In this document: positions 14,060-26,800 of the stretch, in pieces | Position numbering within the stretch: the first letter of the stretch is position 1 | How the letters are laid out: each line of letters opens with the position of its first letter | Assembly (NCBI GenBank): GCA_976551045.1 | Contig: CDPCPM010000074.1 | Span: 12,214,001-12,278,000 of the forward strand | Source of the DNA: Glaucostegus cemiculus | Lineage: Eukaryota | DNA length: 64,000 nucleotides | Direction: 5' to 3' | Notes under the pieces: generated by a model | What the model was told of the DNA's origin: nothing | The model's input: the letters and a program-made list of their open reading frames with translations, nothing else | Database searches by the model: none | Made by a program: the position numbers and the translations under genes

Positions 14060-14800
14060 TCTCCTTACATTTAATCTTAACCTATAAAATATTATGGTTA
14101 CACTTAGCTCAACCAAAAATCCAGAAGAACTTGCAACTCCAGATTATGTGAAATGGTAGCATGGCTGTTCAGTCCTGCACTACTATCCAGTGATTATAAC
14201 TCATGAAATCTAACTCTAAAATTTGGTTCCCAACATCACTGGACTGCACATGATGATTGGAAGAATATTTTGATATAATTCCCCCTATTTGCCCCGACCT
14301 TTTGATCACTCTTTCTTTCCATGTTTTTTTTCCTAACCCGTTTCCTAGTGGACCACAATAGAAGCAAGATTCTACCTCATAACAAAAAGATGGTGACACC
14401 CTTTTTACTTTTAATTCTCCTGTTTCTACAGAATTCTTTAATAAATTGCTGATTTGACCCCAAAAGATGATGATCTTAGCAGCATGATCAAAGACTTGAT
14501 GATCCTTAACAGTTAGTGTCCTTTATATAGGCAACCAATGTTTCACACTAATTGGTCAGAATAATTTGTGCAACCCTGCTGTAGCTAGCTCTTTTTATTT
14601 CTCAGCCACACAATTACTCTTTGTAAAGCTTGCTTCAAAAATTTTTATTCTTCCCAGAAAGATCTGGTTGTCTTTAATTGTTTGAGATCCTAAGTTTAAG
14701 CAACTTTGACCCAAGACATTTTCTGCAGACATATCTATCCAGTGCTCAAAGCTCAAATCAGAATAATTCCCTTTGCTTCCATTGTTTCTATAAACTTTGT
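14060..14800 (-). mobile_element. Highly degenerate CR1 ORF1 (zinc finger/esterase) remnant
   Basis: Minus frames give YVCRKCL..LLKLRI and FCYEVESCFYCGPLG, resembling CR1 ORF1 C.KC.QL.LL and FCG.ERDSRMVCCLPG; many stops. Confidence 0.4.
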
Positions 14801-15034
14801 TAGGTTGTTGAGTACATTTAATATTTTTCATGTTTAAATTATAATTAAATATTACCTTCTAATTTCTTTCCTATGCACCTTGAAATTCAACTTTCCATTT
14901 CTATTCTAAGTACTGTTCTCACTCTTGCCAGTTTAAACTGGTGTGTTTTCATTACTAAATCTTTTCAATTCAATAATTGAAGCTCTTTGGCAGTGAGTAC
15001 TTCTGTGAAAGCTTTGATTTTGGGGCAGTGTACA

Positions 15035-15300
15035 AAGTCAAAGTCAAGTTTATCATCACATGCACAAGTACATGTATGCATGGGTGCAATGAAAATCTTA
15101 CTTGTGGCAACATCACAGACATATAGCATCAGATATGCAACATTCACAAAAACAAATTATACACAATTTTTATGAGAAAGAATACAACTATTACAAAAAA
15201 ATCAATGCCCATTGTAGTTCAAAGTGGCCGTAGCGTTACTATACTGGGTTGTGCAGGTTGGTGCAAGAACTGAATGGTGGAAGGGAACTAGCTGTGTGAA
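15035..15300 (-). mobile_element. Rex1-like LINE 3' end
   Basis: (ctttga)n tail; resembles the 3' UTR of the element ending at 17778. Confidence 0.7.
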
Positions 15301-15834
15301 GGGGAAAGGTAGGGGAAAATTATAAGATTCTTCCAATCAAAAGACTTTCTCGAGTCCTTTCTTCTCACCATATTCACACATGAACTCATAATAATGCATC
15401 CAAGGATACCAGTTTATCTGCAATACAAGTGATATTTGAATTGATCTGTTCAGTGATAATACTAGCAGAGTTCTCTTTTTAACTTTTCTAAGTAGAGGCA
15501 AAGTACCACTTATCAGGTTGTAAAGCAGCACAGGAAGCCAGACATGCAACTCGATACTTGTGCTGTCCATCACAAGAACACTGAAGGCACAATTACCTTC
15601 AAATTTAGTCAGTCAATTTCAATAAGATGTATTGTGCTGTATTGTTCTATGGTTCTATGGTTCTAAAATGTACCATTAGTTGCTGAGTACAAGTGGTATG
15701 CAATTGGATGAGTGGGAAACTGATGAGAGATACAAATTTGACTTTGCACTAGCAATTGCTGAGCCCTGGATTAAGAAATCATACATTCTGTAATTAAAGG
15801 AGATTATTACACATGGTGTTAATTTTATCTGAAC

Positions 15835-17778
15835 AATGGCTGTGTTTCTTCTGCTTGCCTACAGACAGGCACTGAAGAGCGTGGCACCATGGAAGAGGAC
15901 TATGAAGAGCTGGAAGGCTGAGGCAGAGGTGCGAATTGAGGACTGCTTTGAGTCAGTGGACTGGACCATGTTAAAAGATTCATCAGCAGATCTAAATGAA
16001 TATGCCACATTTGTCAAGGACTTCATAAGGACATGTGGACAAGTGTGCACCCACAAACACATTCCAAATCGTCCCCAGCTAGAAGCCCTGGATGAATCAG
16101 GAGATTCATAATCTGCTGAGGGCTGAATCTGTGATTAGGGATGGCGACCCAGAGTCATACAAGAAGTCCAGGTACAACCCCTGGAAGGCTATTGCAAGTG
16201 CCAAGAGGCAATTTCAGACTAAATTGGACGCTCAACTGCTGTGGCAGGGCTTGCACAATATTACTTCCTATGAGGTGAGATTGGTTGGCATAAGTGGCAA
16301 CAATCCATCACTCCTGGATGAGCTCAATGCCTTTTATGCAGGCTTTGATAGGGAAAACTATGACATATCCACACAAACTCCCACATCTCCGGGTGACACT
16401 GTAATCTCTGAGGTGGACATCTGGGCATCCAGGGTGAATCTATGAAAGGCATCTGGTCCATTTGGCGTACCTGGCCAAGTACTAAAGATCTGTGTGGACC
16501 AACTGGCTGGAGTATTTACGGACATATTCAACCTCTCACTTCTGCGTTCTGAGGTTTTCACCAGCTTCAAAAAGGCATCTATTGTACTGGTTCCCAAGAA
16601 GAGTATGGTGACCTGCCTCAATGACTACCATCCAGTAGTGCCGACATCAACTGTAATAAAATGCCTAGAGAGGTTGGTTATGGCACAAATCAACTCCTGC
16701 CTTAGAGATGACCTGGATCTACTTCAATTTGCCCACCGCCACAACAGGTCAACCGTAGATGCTATTTCTCTGGCTTTTCACTCTGTTCTGTACTACATGA
16801 ATAACAGGAATTTGTACGTCAGGCTGCTGTCCATCAACTACAGCTCAATGTTCAACACAATCATCCCATCTACACTAATCATCAAGCTTCAAACCCTGGG
16901 CCTCTGTACCTCCCTCTGCAATTGGACACACGACTTCCTCATCAGCAGACCTCAATCAGTGACAGTCATGCTGACCATCAACACAGATGCACCTCAAGGC
17001 TGCATGCATAGTCCCCCTACTCTACTCTCTATACACATGACTGTGTGGCTAAGCACAGCTCCAATGCCATATACAAATTCGCTGATGACATCACTGTCAT
17101 TGGACAAATCACAGGTGGTAATAAGTCACTCTACTGGAACAAGATAGGATACCTGTGGTGCAACAACATCCTCTCACTCTATGTCAGTGAAACTAAAGAG
17201 CTGATTGTTGACTTCAAGAAGGGGTGTACTTCTACAGATTAACTGTGAAAAGTTGCTTGACTGGTTGCATCATGGTCTGGTACAGCAATTCAAAAGCACA
17301 GGAACATAAGAAACTGCAGAGAGTAGTCAACTCTGCCCAATACATCACAGGCATATCCCTCCCCACCATCAGTCGTATCTACAGGAGGCGCTGTCTCAAG
17401 GAGGCAACATCCATCATCAAAGATCCCCAACATCCGGGCCATGCCATCTTCTCACAGTTACCATCGAGCAGGAGGTACTGAAATCTCACACCACCAGTTT
17501 CAAGAACAACTTCCTTTCAACCATTTTGTTCCTGAACCAACTGGCACAACCCTAATGACTACAGTTTAGCAACGCTGCGACTACTTTGCACTAAAATAGA
17601 CTTGTTTTTGTTCTAATTGTGTTCTCTTTTGTAAAAATTGTGTTTAATTTATGTTCAATCAGTGTTTTTCTTGTGAATGTTGCTTATATGATGCCACGTG
17701 CCTGTGATGCTGCTGTAAGCCAGTTTTTTCAGTACACCTGTACTTGTGCATACGACAATAACCTCTACTTTGACTTTG
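15835..17778 (+). mobile_element. Rex1/Babar LINE, 5'-truncated and degenerate
   Basis: DCFESVDW, DQLAGVFTDIFNLSL, CLNDYHPV, IYKFADDIT; tail tttgactttga. Confidence 0.88.
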
Positions 17779-17811
17779 ATAATGAGGTGATTTTGGGATG
17801 TACGTGATGCG

Positions 17812-18981
17812 GTGTTAGACTATTGTTTATTGACTACAACTCTGCCTTCAATACGATAAGCTTGTCACTAAACTCCAAGACCTAGGACTCAGCTCCTCCC
17901 GCTGTAACTGGATTCTTGACTTTCTAACAAACAGACCACAATCAGTGAGGATAGGCAGCAATACCTCCAGCACAATTATTCTCAACACTGGTGCCCCACA
18001 AGGCTGTGTCCTCAGTCCTCTACTCTACTCCCTGTACACTCATGACTGTGTGGCCAGATTCTGCTCCAACTCCATCTACAAGTTTGCAGATGATACCACC
18101 GTTGTGAGCCGTATCTCCCACAACGACAAGTCAGAGTATAGGAAGGAGATAGAGAACTTAGTGGAATGGTGTCATGACAACAACCTTTCCCTCAATGTAA
18201 AATGAAAGAGTTGGTCATTGACTTCAGGAAAGGGGGAGGTGTACATGCACCTGTCTACATCAGTGGTGCTGAGGTCGAGAGCGTTGAGAGCTTCAAGTTC
18301 CTAGGTGTGAACGTCACCAACAGCCTATCCTGGTCTAACCACGTAGATGCCACAGCCAAGAAAGCTCACTAGCGCCTCTACTTCCTCAGGAGGCTGAAGA
18401 AGTTTAGTATGTCCCCTTGGACTCTCACCAATTTTTACTGATGCACCATAGAAAGCATCCTATCTGGTTGTATCACGGCTTGGTATGGCAACTGCTCTGT
18501 CCAGGACTGCAAGAAACTGCAAAGAGAGTTGTGGACACAGCCCAGTGCATCACGGACGCCAGCCTCCCCTCTTTGGACTCTGTCTTTATCTCACGTTGTC
18601 TTTGTGTAGCAGCCAACATAATCAGAGACCCCACTCATCTGGGACATTCTCTCTTCTCTCCTCTTCCATCGGGTAGAAGATACAGGTGCCTGAGGGCACG
18701 CACCACCAGACTTAAGGACAGCTTCTTCCCCACTGTGATAAGACTATTGAACCGTTCCCTTATACAGTCAGAAGGTCTGTGACCTCAAGTTCTACGTTGT
18801 GTGACCTTGCACCTTATTGCACTGCACTTTCTCTGTAGCTGTGACACTTTACTCTGTACTGTTACTGTTTTTACTATACTAGTTCAATGCACTTTGTACT
18901 AACTATGTAACTGCACTGTGTAATGAATTGACCTGTACTATCAGTTTGTATGACAAACTAATAAACCAATACCAATACCAA
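17812..18981 (+). mobile_element. Rex1/Babar LINE 3' part (young subfamily, same as 11695)
   Basis: [39 protein letters not shown]; tail ccaataccaataccaa. Confidence 0.9.
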
Positions 18982-19379
18982 ATTATGCATACTGTTGAAA
19001 ATTTTGATCATATAATGTCATACAAAGTACGAAAATAATACTTAGCTTTCAGGATGAACTTTATTCTCATAAGATCAGGGAAGAATCAGCGGGATGGACA
19101 GGGGCACAAAATCCACCAGACATTTAAGATCCCAAATCGGGACAAGAAAATTTTTTCAAATAAGTTGTATGTCTGTGTCAGGGGTAGGGGCGGATTCATA
19201 GAGTTTACTGATGACATTCTTTAGGGAATTTATCTGAGGGACAAATGAATTTCCTTCCCAAACCTCCCAAAATAATATAATTATACTCTTTATAAAGAAC
19301 CTTTCTATCTCAACACCGTACACAGGATGGGGTGGGGGGGGGGGGGAGTGTTCGTCCGAAAATTCACTATTGATAGAGA

Positions 19380-19770
19380 ATAAATAAGTAACGGTTGTTC
19401 ATTTGTGCGTGTGTGTAAATTCAATCGATATACGCAGCCCATACCGTTTGTCCGTTGATTCAAACCGTCGCCATGGTTGCGCCGCGCGGGAACCGTTAAC
19501 TGTCACTGGTTCCTTCCCAACGGCTGCCGTTCCCACGGATACAGGGTAAGCTTCCAGCTCCCCTTCCCATTGAACCTGATGGAACATCGTCTGCCTACTC
19601 ACTTTGACTGGCTATTCAAAACATAGCCCAAGCCAATTTTTCATTTGAGTGGTCAGTGAAAATGTTGATTATAATAATTTCCGCTTTCGCGTTTGGGGTT
19701 TGCCCTGTCTTCGCCGATTTTCAGTCACCAAAACAAATGTTCCTTCCGGGTCCTAAAGTCCGCAGTCAGA
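19380..19770. promoter_or_regulatory. CpG island, probable promoter
   Basis: Dense CpG in non-repetitive sequence within a CpG-depleted window; CCAAT at ~19633, ETS-like CCGGAAG (minus) at ~19744, several YAACKG motifs. Confidence 0.65.
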
Positions 19771-19793
19771 CTCTGCTTTCCACTAAAGTGTGC

Positions 19794-19842
19794 TTATGTA
19801 ACTTATGTAATATGTAACTTATGTATATTTAACTTATGTAAT
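19794..19842. repeat. Short tandem (aacttatgt)n array containing three TTATGTAA D-box matches
   Basis: TTATGTAA at 19794, 19803 and 19834. Confidence 0.7.
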
Positions 19843-20219
19843 GCTTGAAAGGCTCCAGCAAATGTCATTCGAATCGTTTAGGATTCTCTAAACTAGGCCT
19901 GCAAATTGAAATGCTTTCCCCGATTACGAGCATTAAACAATAATATCAACTATTTAGAATAAAGTATAGAATAACACTTTCCAATGGAAAGTTAGCTAAA
20001 TTTATTCTGATTTAGCAACACACCAGCCCCAGCCGGAAGAATAGTTAACACTGTGTCAGTGAGATCTTTCAATCTATATGCAACACTACTAAAGGAGACT
20101 GTTAGTTTTATGCCAGCTAAGGCAAAAAAAAATGTTTTGGGAGGTCCCAAAACTGCTTTGATGTTGTACTATTAAATTTATTGTATTGCAAAGAACTTTT
20201 TTTTATTATGAAAAACAAA

Positions 20220-21230
20220 ATAAAACTGCAGATGCTGGAAATCTAAAATTAAAGAACAGAAAATGCAGGAAACACTCAGCAGGTCAGGCAGTATCTGTGG
20301 TGAGAGAAACAGTTTATGTGTCAGGTTGAAGACCCTTTGTTAGAACAAGGAGAGAGAAAAATCAGGAATATTATGTTGCAGAGAAGGTGGGGAGGGGGGA
20401 GATAATAGGTAGGACGGAGAATATCTGTGATAGGATGAAGCCTGGATTGCATTGGAGAGGTTATATCATTTATGCGTTAAGAGGGAAATGCATGGAAAAA
20501 AAGGACAAAATTATGATCTCAGGGCATTTGGGGAGTGAGAATACAGACAAAGCAACATGAAAATTGAGTAATATACTATTCAACATGCCCAACAGGTCAG
20601 ACTGCGCTAATGGAGAAAAAAATGACAGATAGATTTATTTCAGCAAAAATGGCAAGTTCTGATACCAACAGAGAAAAAAAGTTATCTGAAGTTGTAGAAT
20701 TTGATACTGAGTCTGGAACAGTTGTTGAGTTGTTCCTCAAGACGGTATTCAGGCCTCATTATAACAGTGCAGGAAGCCATAGGTCAGAGTGGGAGCAGCA
20801 TGGAGAATTAAAGTGGCAGACAACACGGAGCTCCAAGACCCCCTTCTGGACTGAACATGGATGCTCTGCAAAGCAGTCACCTGATCTGCTTTTGGTTTCT
20901 GCAATGCAGAAGAGATCACATTGTGAAAAACTAAATGCTTTATACATTAGAATTGAAGACATGCAAGTGATTGGTTGCTTCACTTGGAAGAATTGTTTGG
21001 TCCCTGGATGGTGGAAAGGGACGAGGTTGTAAGGCAAAGTGTCATATCAAAGGGGAGTCAATGGTTTGAATAAAGGAGCATTCCAGAGAGACACAAAGGA
21101 AATGCTGAAAGGAGATGGAAGTTGTTTTAGATGTTGGAATCATGTTGAAACTCGCAGAAATTGTGAAGGATGGTCCCTCAAATATGTCAGTTGGCAGGTG
21201 AGAACCAGGGAAACTCTATTCTTTTTATTA
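20220..21230 (-). mobile_element. Penelope-like element 3' part: GIY-YIG endonuclease remnant plus pseudo-LTR
   Basis: ORF 20759-21037 FQVKQPITC...SQCDLFCIAETKSRSGDCFAEH (cf. C.LLYIGETKRRLGDRFAEH). Confidence 0.8.
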
Positions 21231-23571
21231 TCAGATCCAGTTGGTTTCAAATCTTACCTCTCAGCTGAAAAGTCTAGTGATCCTGTTTTAAAATGCATAG
21301 ATATAATGATGAATGAACATCAGACAGGCTTACTTGAAATATATATTTTCACTGACTTTTGATCCTTGTGTTACTGAGTACCATTTTTTAATTCATTCAG
21401 TTCATATGAGAATAGTTTTTTTTAAATAATCACCCAATCAATCTTTTTCATTTCAATGTTCTATTCAATGACAAATACCTGTTAAACCCAGGTCAGTTAA
21501 TCAGTTATCACCTCCTTTAAAACTGTAATTTACAGAAATCATAATATCGAATCTTTGATAAGAGAATCAGTCAAATTATTTGCCAATTTGGTTTGTGAGG
21601 AATGGGTAAATAAGATTTATAATGGTTCTTCATATTATTTCAGTTTTTATTCTCTTATCATTTTCAAAGGAACATTGATAACCAATGAAGTTCTGAATAC
21701 TTGAAAACACCACTTTAACACCTGGAGCTGTACACATATTCATGGAGAAATTGGATCATTGGCAGTTTGTTTCAAACTATGCATTTGAAAAGGTCATGCT
21801 GAATATGGAAATTGACTCCTTTATTATCTCAGGAGTTATAAATGGAGATATATAGCATGAACTTCAGTGAACAGATAAAGATAGTTGAATCTAGAATGCT
21901 AATCTGAGAAATTCCTTTAATGTCCTGGGTTGTAATGGATGGCCTCCAACAACCAAACCAAACGCACTTTCCTTTGTAATATACTCATGTCATTGGAAGG
22001 ATTTCTTTCTGATTTGTATTGACTTAAGTTTTGTCCTTGATTGTAATATTTAAAGTGAGTGATTTCAAGAGGATGCTACGAAAGATCATCTACATGATGC
22101 TTTGGATTGAAAATGGTTGCAAACACCTCAGCCTTTGCTCCAACATACTAGTCTTGCCATCTTTGAGGATAGGGATATTCATGCAGAATCCTCATTTGTT
22201 TAGTATAAACTTGAAAGGAAATATTGTGAATGTAGTAATCATTTATAATTGGGATACAATTTCTAAAACAAGGTAATTATTGCCAATAATGTGTCAGCCA
22301 AAGAATTTGAGGAGGATAGGATGCATACTTCATGGCAAACAGTCTATTTTGCGGAGAAAAAATCATTTTACTTTGAATACAATCCATTTAAAGAACAGAG
22401 AAAACAAGTAACAGTAACTTCTCCCAGTAAAAGAAGGGTAACCTTGGAGGAAAATTCAGTGAATGAAGGGTAGTTATATATAAATTATGTCCATAAAATC
22501 AGTCTCTGTCTTTCACCACATATAATTGACAAGCAAATTATCACTCTTGCTGCCTATAACATTGTCACCATATGCAGCCTTTATTTTAAGAAAAAGACTT
22601 GCAATAAGATAGTCTATTATTTTGAACCATTAGGTTACTATGCCATTGCTGAAATAATTTGCTGTATGTTTATGCTTTGTAATGTGAGGCTTTTAAGCAC
22701 AAGGATACCAGTCTTCAATGGCTTAAATGGCTAATAAAACTGAATGGGGAATATTTTGCATCCAATCTAACATTGCTTATTTTGATGATTATACATATGA
22801 AAAAGGTAAAGTCCAGGCAGCAAAGGAAACTGAGAAAAGGAGATATGCAAATTATTTTTAATAATAAAAAATGTATAAATAGATAATACTTGTGTATTAG
22901 AAATAAAAGAATAGCAAAAGTAAATAGAAGAAAGAGAATGGGAAAGCCAGGAGAATGATGATAAAAAGCTAGAGGTTTGAAAAATTAAAGTATTTAAAGT
23001 TGGTATTTATTTTAGCAATTTAGGGTTAATACTACAAAAAAGTTATATCAGACATTTGGAGACCTTTGTTCTGTATTAATAGTGAATTTTGTTTTTGAGC
23101 TAAAAATCTACAAAAATTAGTTAGCCGAACCTGTAACTCCTAAAAGATGTTGATGGCATCAAGTGTACAAGTAAACAATTTATCTGGTGCAATTTATCAC
23201 AACTGAATAATTGGCACAGATTTCTCATTCTTTCTCACTGCCTATTCAATTTACAAGAATTTCACAAAATAACAAGGTACAGTTAAATTAAATTTAACAT
23301 TAATTTTGTTAAATACGGATTTCATTTTTGTTTGCTTCCTCTGTTGAACTTCTATCTTCAAACTGAAGATAGTAATACTAAACAACAATATTGTTTTTAA
23401 CGCTTTGTGAATTCACTTTCAGGCAGTAACCATTACATTATCTCCAGAGTTGTCTTCCTTCTTCAAGTTGTACAGTTTTAGAGGCACACTCTCAAAACAC
23501 AGACAAACAACAACTTTTGCTTTCCATGTAAACTATACCTCCACATTATTTGGTAAGAATGTTCCAAAGTA

Positions 23572-23816
23572 TCAGTGATGTCTTGAAGTCAGTATGTTTT
23601 CCAAAGCAGATATTCTTCTTAAAAATCTAAATTTAACCGATGAGGTTGATTGTTTTGAAGAGTTCTCTGTCCATGAGCCCTTTCCTTTACATGAATGCTT
23701 GCAAATAAACTGTTTCATCTTTTCTCTGAAGAAAGTGGTTGTGAACGTATGAAGAATTGGGTTTAAGGCACTGTTTATTGGAAGTATAAGTATAACCACC
23801 CATGACGTAATTGCTC
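23572..23816 (-). CDS. RXFP2: RXFP2 TM7 + C-tail, last coding exon (~exon 18)
   Basis: [35 protein letters not shown]...TSRHH-stop; TAG acceptor. Confidence 0.95.
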
Positions 23817-26800
23817 CTAAAAAAAATCAAAAATCACCAATAAAAATACATTTAACTTTTTAAGTGAATTTCGCGTTGTGAAATATAGTATTTGCATAAC
23901 AAAAGTATAACAAATAATTTGACTGCTGGAAATGCTGATACCGGAAAAGCTCCAGACTGTTTTCTAATTTCTTTGAGGCCAACCCAATGTTATATTTATC
24001 TGATGAAAGGTCTTCATCGTGAAGCATTTCTCTTTCATAAATGTTGTTTGATCGGCTGAGTGTATCCAGTATTTTCTATTTTTGTTTCATATTTTCAGCA
24101 TCTGCATTTCTTTTGGGTTTCATCCAATGTTATACTTGTTTTTAATAAACATTAAAATTATTTAAAAGATCAAGATCAAAAATTTGCTTTAAAGTGGATT
24201 GCCCACTCAACCACAGCAATCTATAATAATGTTCATCAAAAAATAAACTGCTGGATAAACTCAGTAGCCAGAGGCATAGGGACGGTCAACATATTGGGTC
24301 GAGAGTTGCATCATGACTGAGAATACGGAGGAAATATAGCCCAGTGAGAGGGAGGGGTGAGACAGAGGCTTTTATGTCATAGATGGAATCAGATGAAGGG
24401 AGGATTGATGGGTAGATGAGGCCAAGCGGGGAGAGGGGAGTGTTGAGACAGAGCATGGTAGATGAAATCAGATAGGAAGGGATGAAAGGCAGATAGAACC
24501 AGCTAAAGGTGGAGGACAGGAAAGGTGAACCAAGGGAGAAGAAACCCAAGTGGATAGGTATTTTGGTGATGTGCAGATGGTAACAGGTGGGGGAGGGTAA
24601 TGTCCTGGTAATGGGGGAGGGGCATAGAAAATGTGAATAAAAGGAGATGGAACCTCATGGACTGGTAGGAGTGGGAAAGGAACACAGAGGGTATAGGTTA
24701 TCTGAAACTGGAAAATTCAATGTTCATCCCATTGCGTTGTAGGCTATCCAAGTGGAATATGGGGTGTTGTTCTTCTAGATTGTGTTTGGCCTCACTGGCA
24801 GTGGAGAAGGCTGAGAACAGGCACATCTGTGTGAGAATGGGAAGGGGAGCTAAGATAACATGCATCCGGAAGCTCAAAATAGCCATTGCAAACAGAGGGT
24901 AGGTGCTCTGCCAAAACGTTGCCAAGCCTACAATTGGTCTCAGGATGTAGAGGAGACCATATTGTGAGCATCACCTGCAATCAACCAGGATGGAGGAGGT
25001 GCACATGAAGCTCTGCCTCAATTAGAAGGGATCTTTAGGTCCTTGAATGGTGGTGAGAAAGGAGGTGAAGGGACAAGTGTTGCACCTCTTACTGTTGCAG
25101 TGCCAGGGAACAGGAATGAATGGGTGGGAACTGCCATCCTGTGACAGTTTTCAATTTCAGTCAATCCCCTGTTCTTTTTCCACTCCCAATAGTCCACCCA
25201 TGTTCTCTCTCCCTTTTCACTATTTCCATCCCTCCTCCCCTCATTACTAAGACTTGTTATCCTCCCCCATCTGGTTCCTTCTGCCTATCATCCAAATATC
25301 TATCCACCTGGGTTTCTTCTCCCTTGGTTCATCTTTCCGATACCCATTCCCTCTGCCACCCCCACTTGGCTCCATCTGCCCATCATTCCCCCCTCATCTC
25401 GTTCCACCTATCATCTACCAGCCTCTGTCTCACCCCTCTCTCTTACTTCTACATTCTGGCTATCTTCCTTTATGTTTCAGACTCAGTCCTAATGCAAAGT
25501 CTTGACTGGAAAAGTCAAATATCCTTTTGTCTCCATAGATGCTGCCTGACCCACTGAGTTATTCCATCAGTTTACTTTCTGCTCCAGGTTCCAGCATCTG
25601 CAGTCTTCTTTGTCTCTATAGTAATGTTCATTAGGTTATTGACACATTTTGATTGCAAGATGCAGCAACAGGACTTCAATTAATATTTAATAGAATCTAT
25701 ACCAGCAAGTGGTTCTGGTGCAATCTATATCAATGAATAACTTTAGAAGAAAGACTTGCACTTATATTCCACATCCTAGGTAGATAAACAAAATTGGTAA
25801 GGAGACTACGGACATACTAATCAAACTTTTTTTGTGGCAGCATAGTTGAACAAGCTGTGTGAATATGAAGAATAATGCCGTAATGTTGGCCTAGAAATTC
25901 AGCCATGTAGCCCTAATATTTTCAGTGTTATGCCTGACTATTTCTGAATGATTTTGCATTGCTCCAGAAATTTGTCAAGGCATGTCCTGGAATGATTACT
26001 CCTTATATATCTGATGCAATTGCTGTACTAATGGGGGTACCATCTGCACGACTGGAGTTAATTGAACAATTTGGTAGATATTTCGCAGATATATTCTGTC
26101 AAAAGCTGTAGCTTTTGACAGAATGAATTGAATGCTCTTGTTACACTATTCTCATGTGCTATTACCAATGGAATGACTTGTGGCCCAAATGTAAGATCCC
26201 ACTAAAAATAATAGCAACATGGGAGCAGGCAAACAAATACAGGCATTTGTGGGCTTCTTCAATGTGCAGGCATCTATAGTCTGCACTCAAGTTCTTGGAG
26301 ACTTCCGTGGTGACTTACTGCCAGGAGCATTGGCTGTGGCCCTGAATAATGTCCTACATTATGCTTCATTGCACAAAGAACATGCATTTGGTCCTTGGGT
26401 GACTTGCTGGCCCAGGGGGAAAAAAAACTGATTTTCTAAAATTTCACATCAGTTCTGAATCATTCAGTATTGTAGTAATTATCTTATTTAAATATCAAGA
26501 GCAGCTACAACTAAATATTAACCACCTCTACCTGAGATAAATATCTCCAAGCATTTTAAAAATTTGATAAAGTTTTAATACTGCTTAGCTTTTTCCTTTT
26601 TCTTTCTATTTTTTGCTTTCTCATATTTAATCTAATTCATTTTTTCTCCTTTAAAAGACCCATTAAATCTATTGGAGTAGAAATTATATGTGCCTGAAAA
26701 CTTAGATTTAATGGAGTACTATGTGGGGTCCTGCCCAGGTAGTAGGACTCCCTGTGCCCTTGTTCTTGCAACTTGCATGCATCCCAGAAGGAAATTGCAT

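Noticed and set aside
14169-14831. Two same-frame minus-strand ORFs suggesting a host-gene exon
   Set aside because: Separated by several stops; better explained as a decayed CR1 ORF1.
16494-17147. Longest ORF (217 aa) as a host gene or active RT
   Set aside because: Rex1 RT fragment with frameshifts on both sides.
19473-19499. Kozak-like gccATGg in the CpG island as a coding start
   Set aside because: The plus frame stops after 8 codons and the overlapping minus-strand ATG stops after 4.
21600-23571. RXFP2 polyadenylation site
   Set aside because: Several minus-strand AATAAA candidates in AT-rich DNA; none can be chosen without transcript data.
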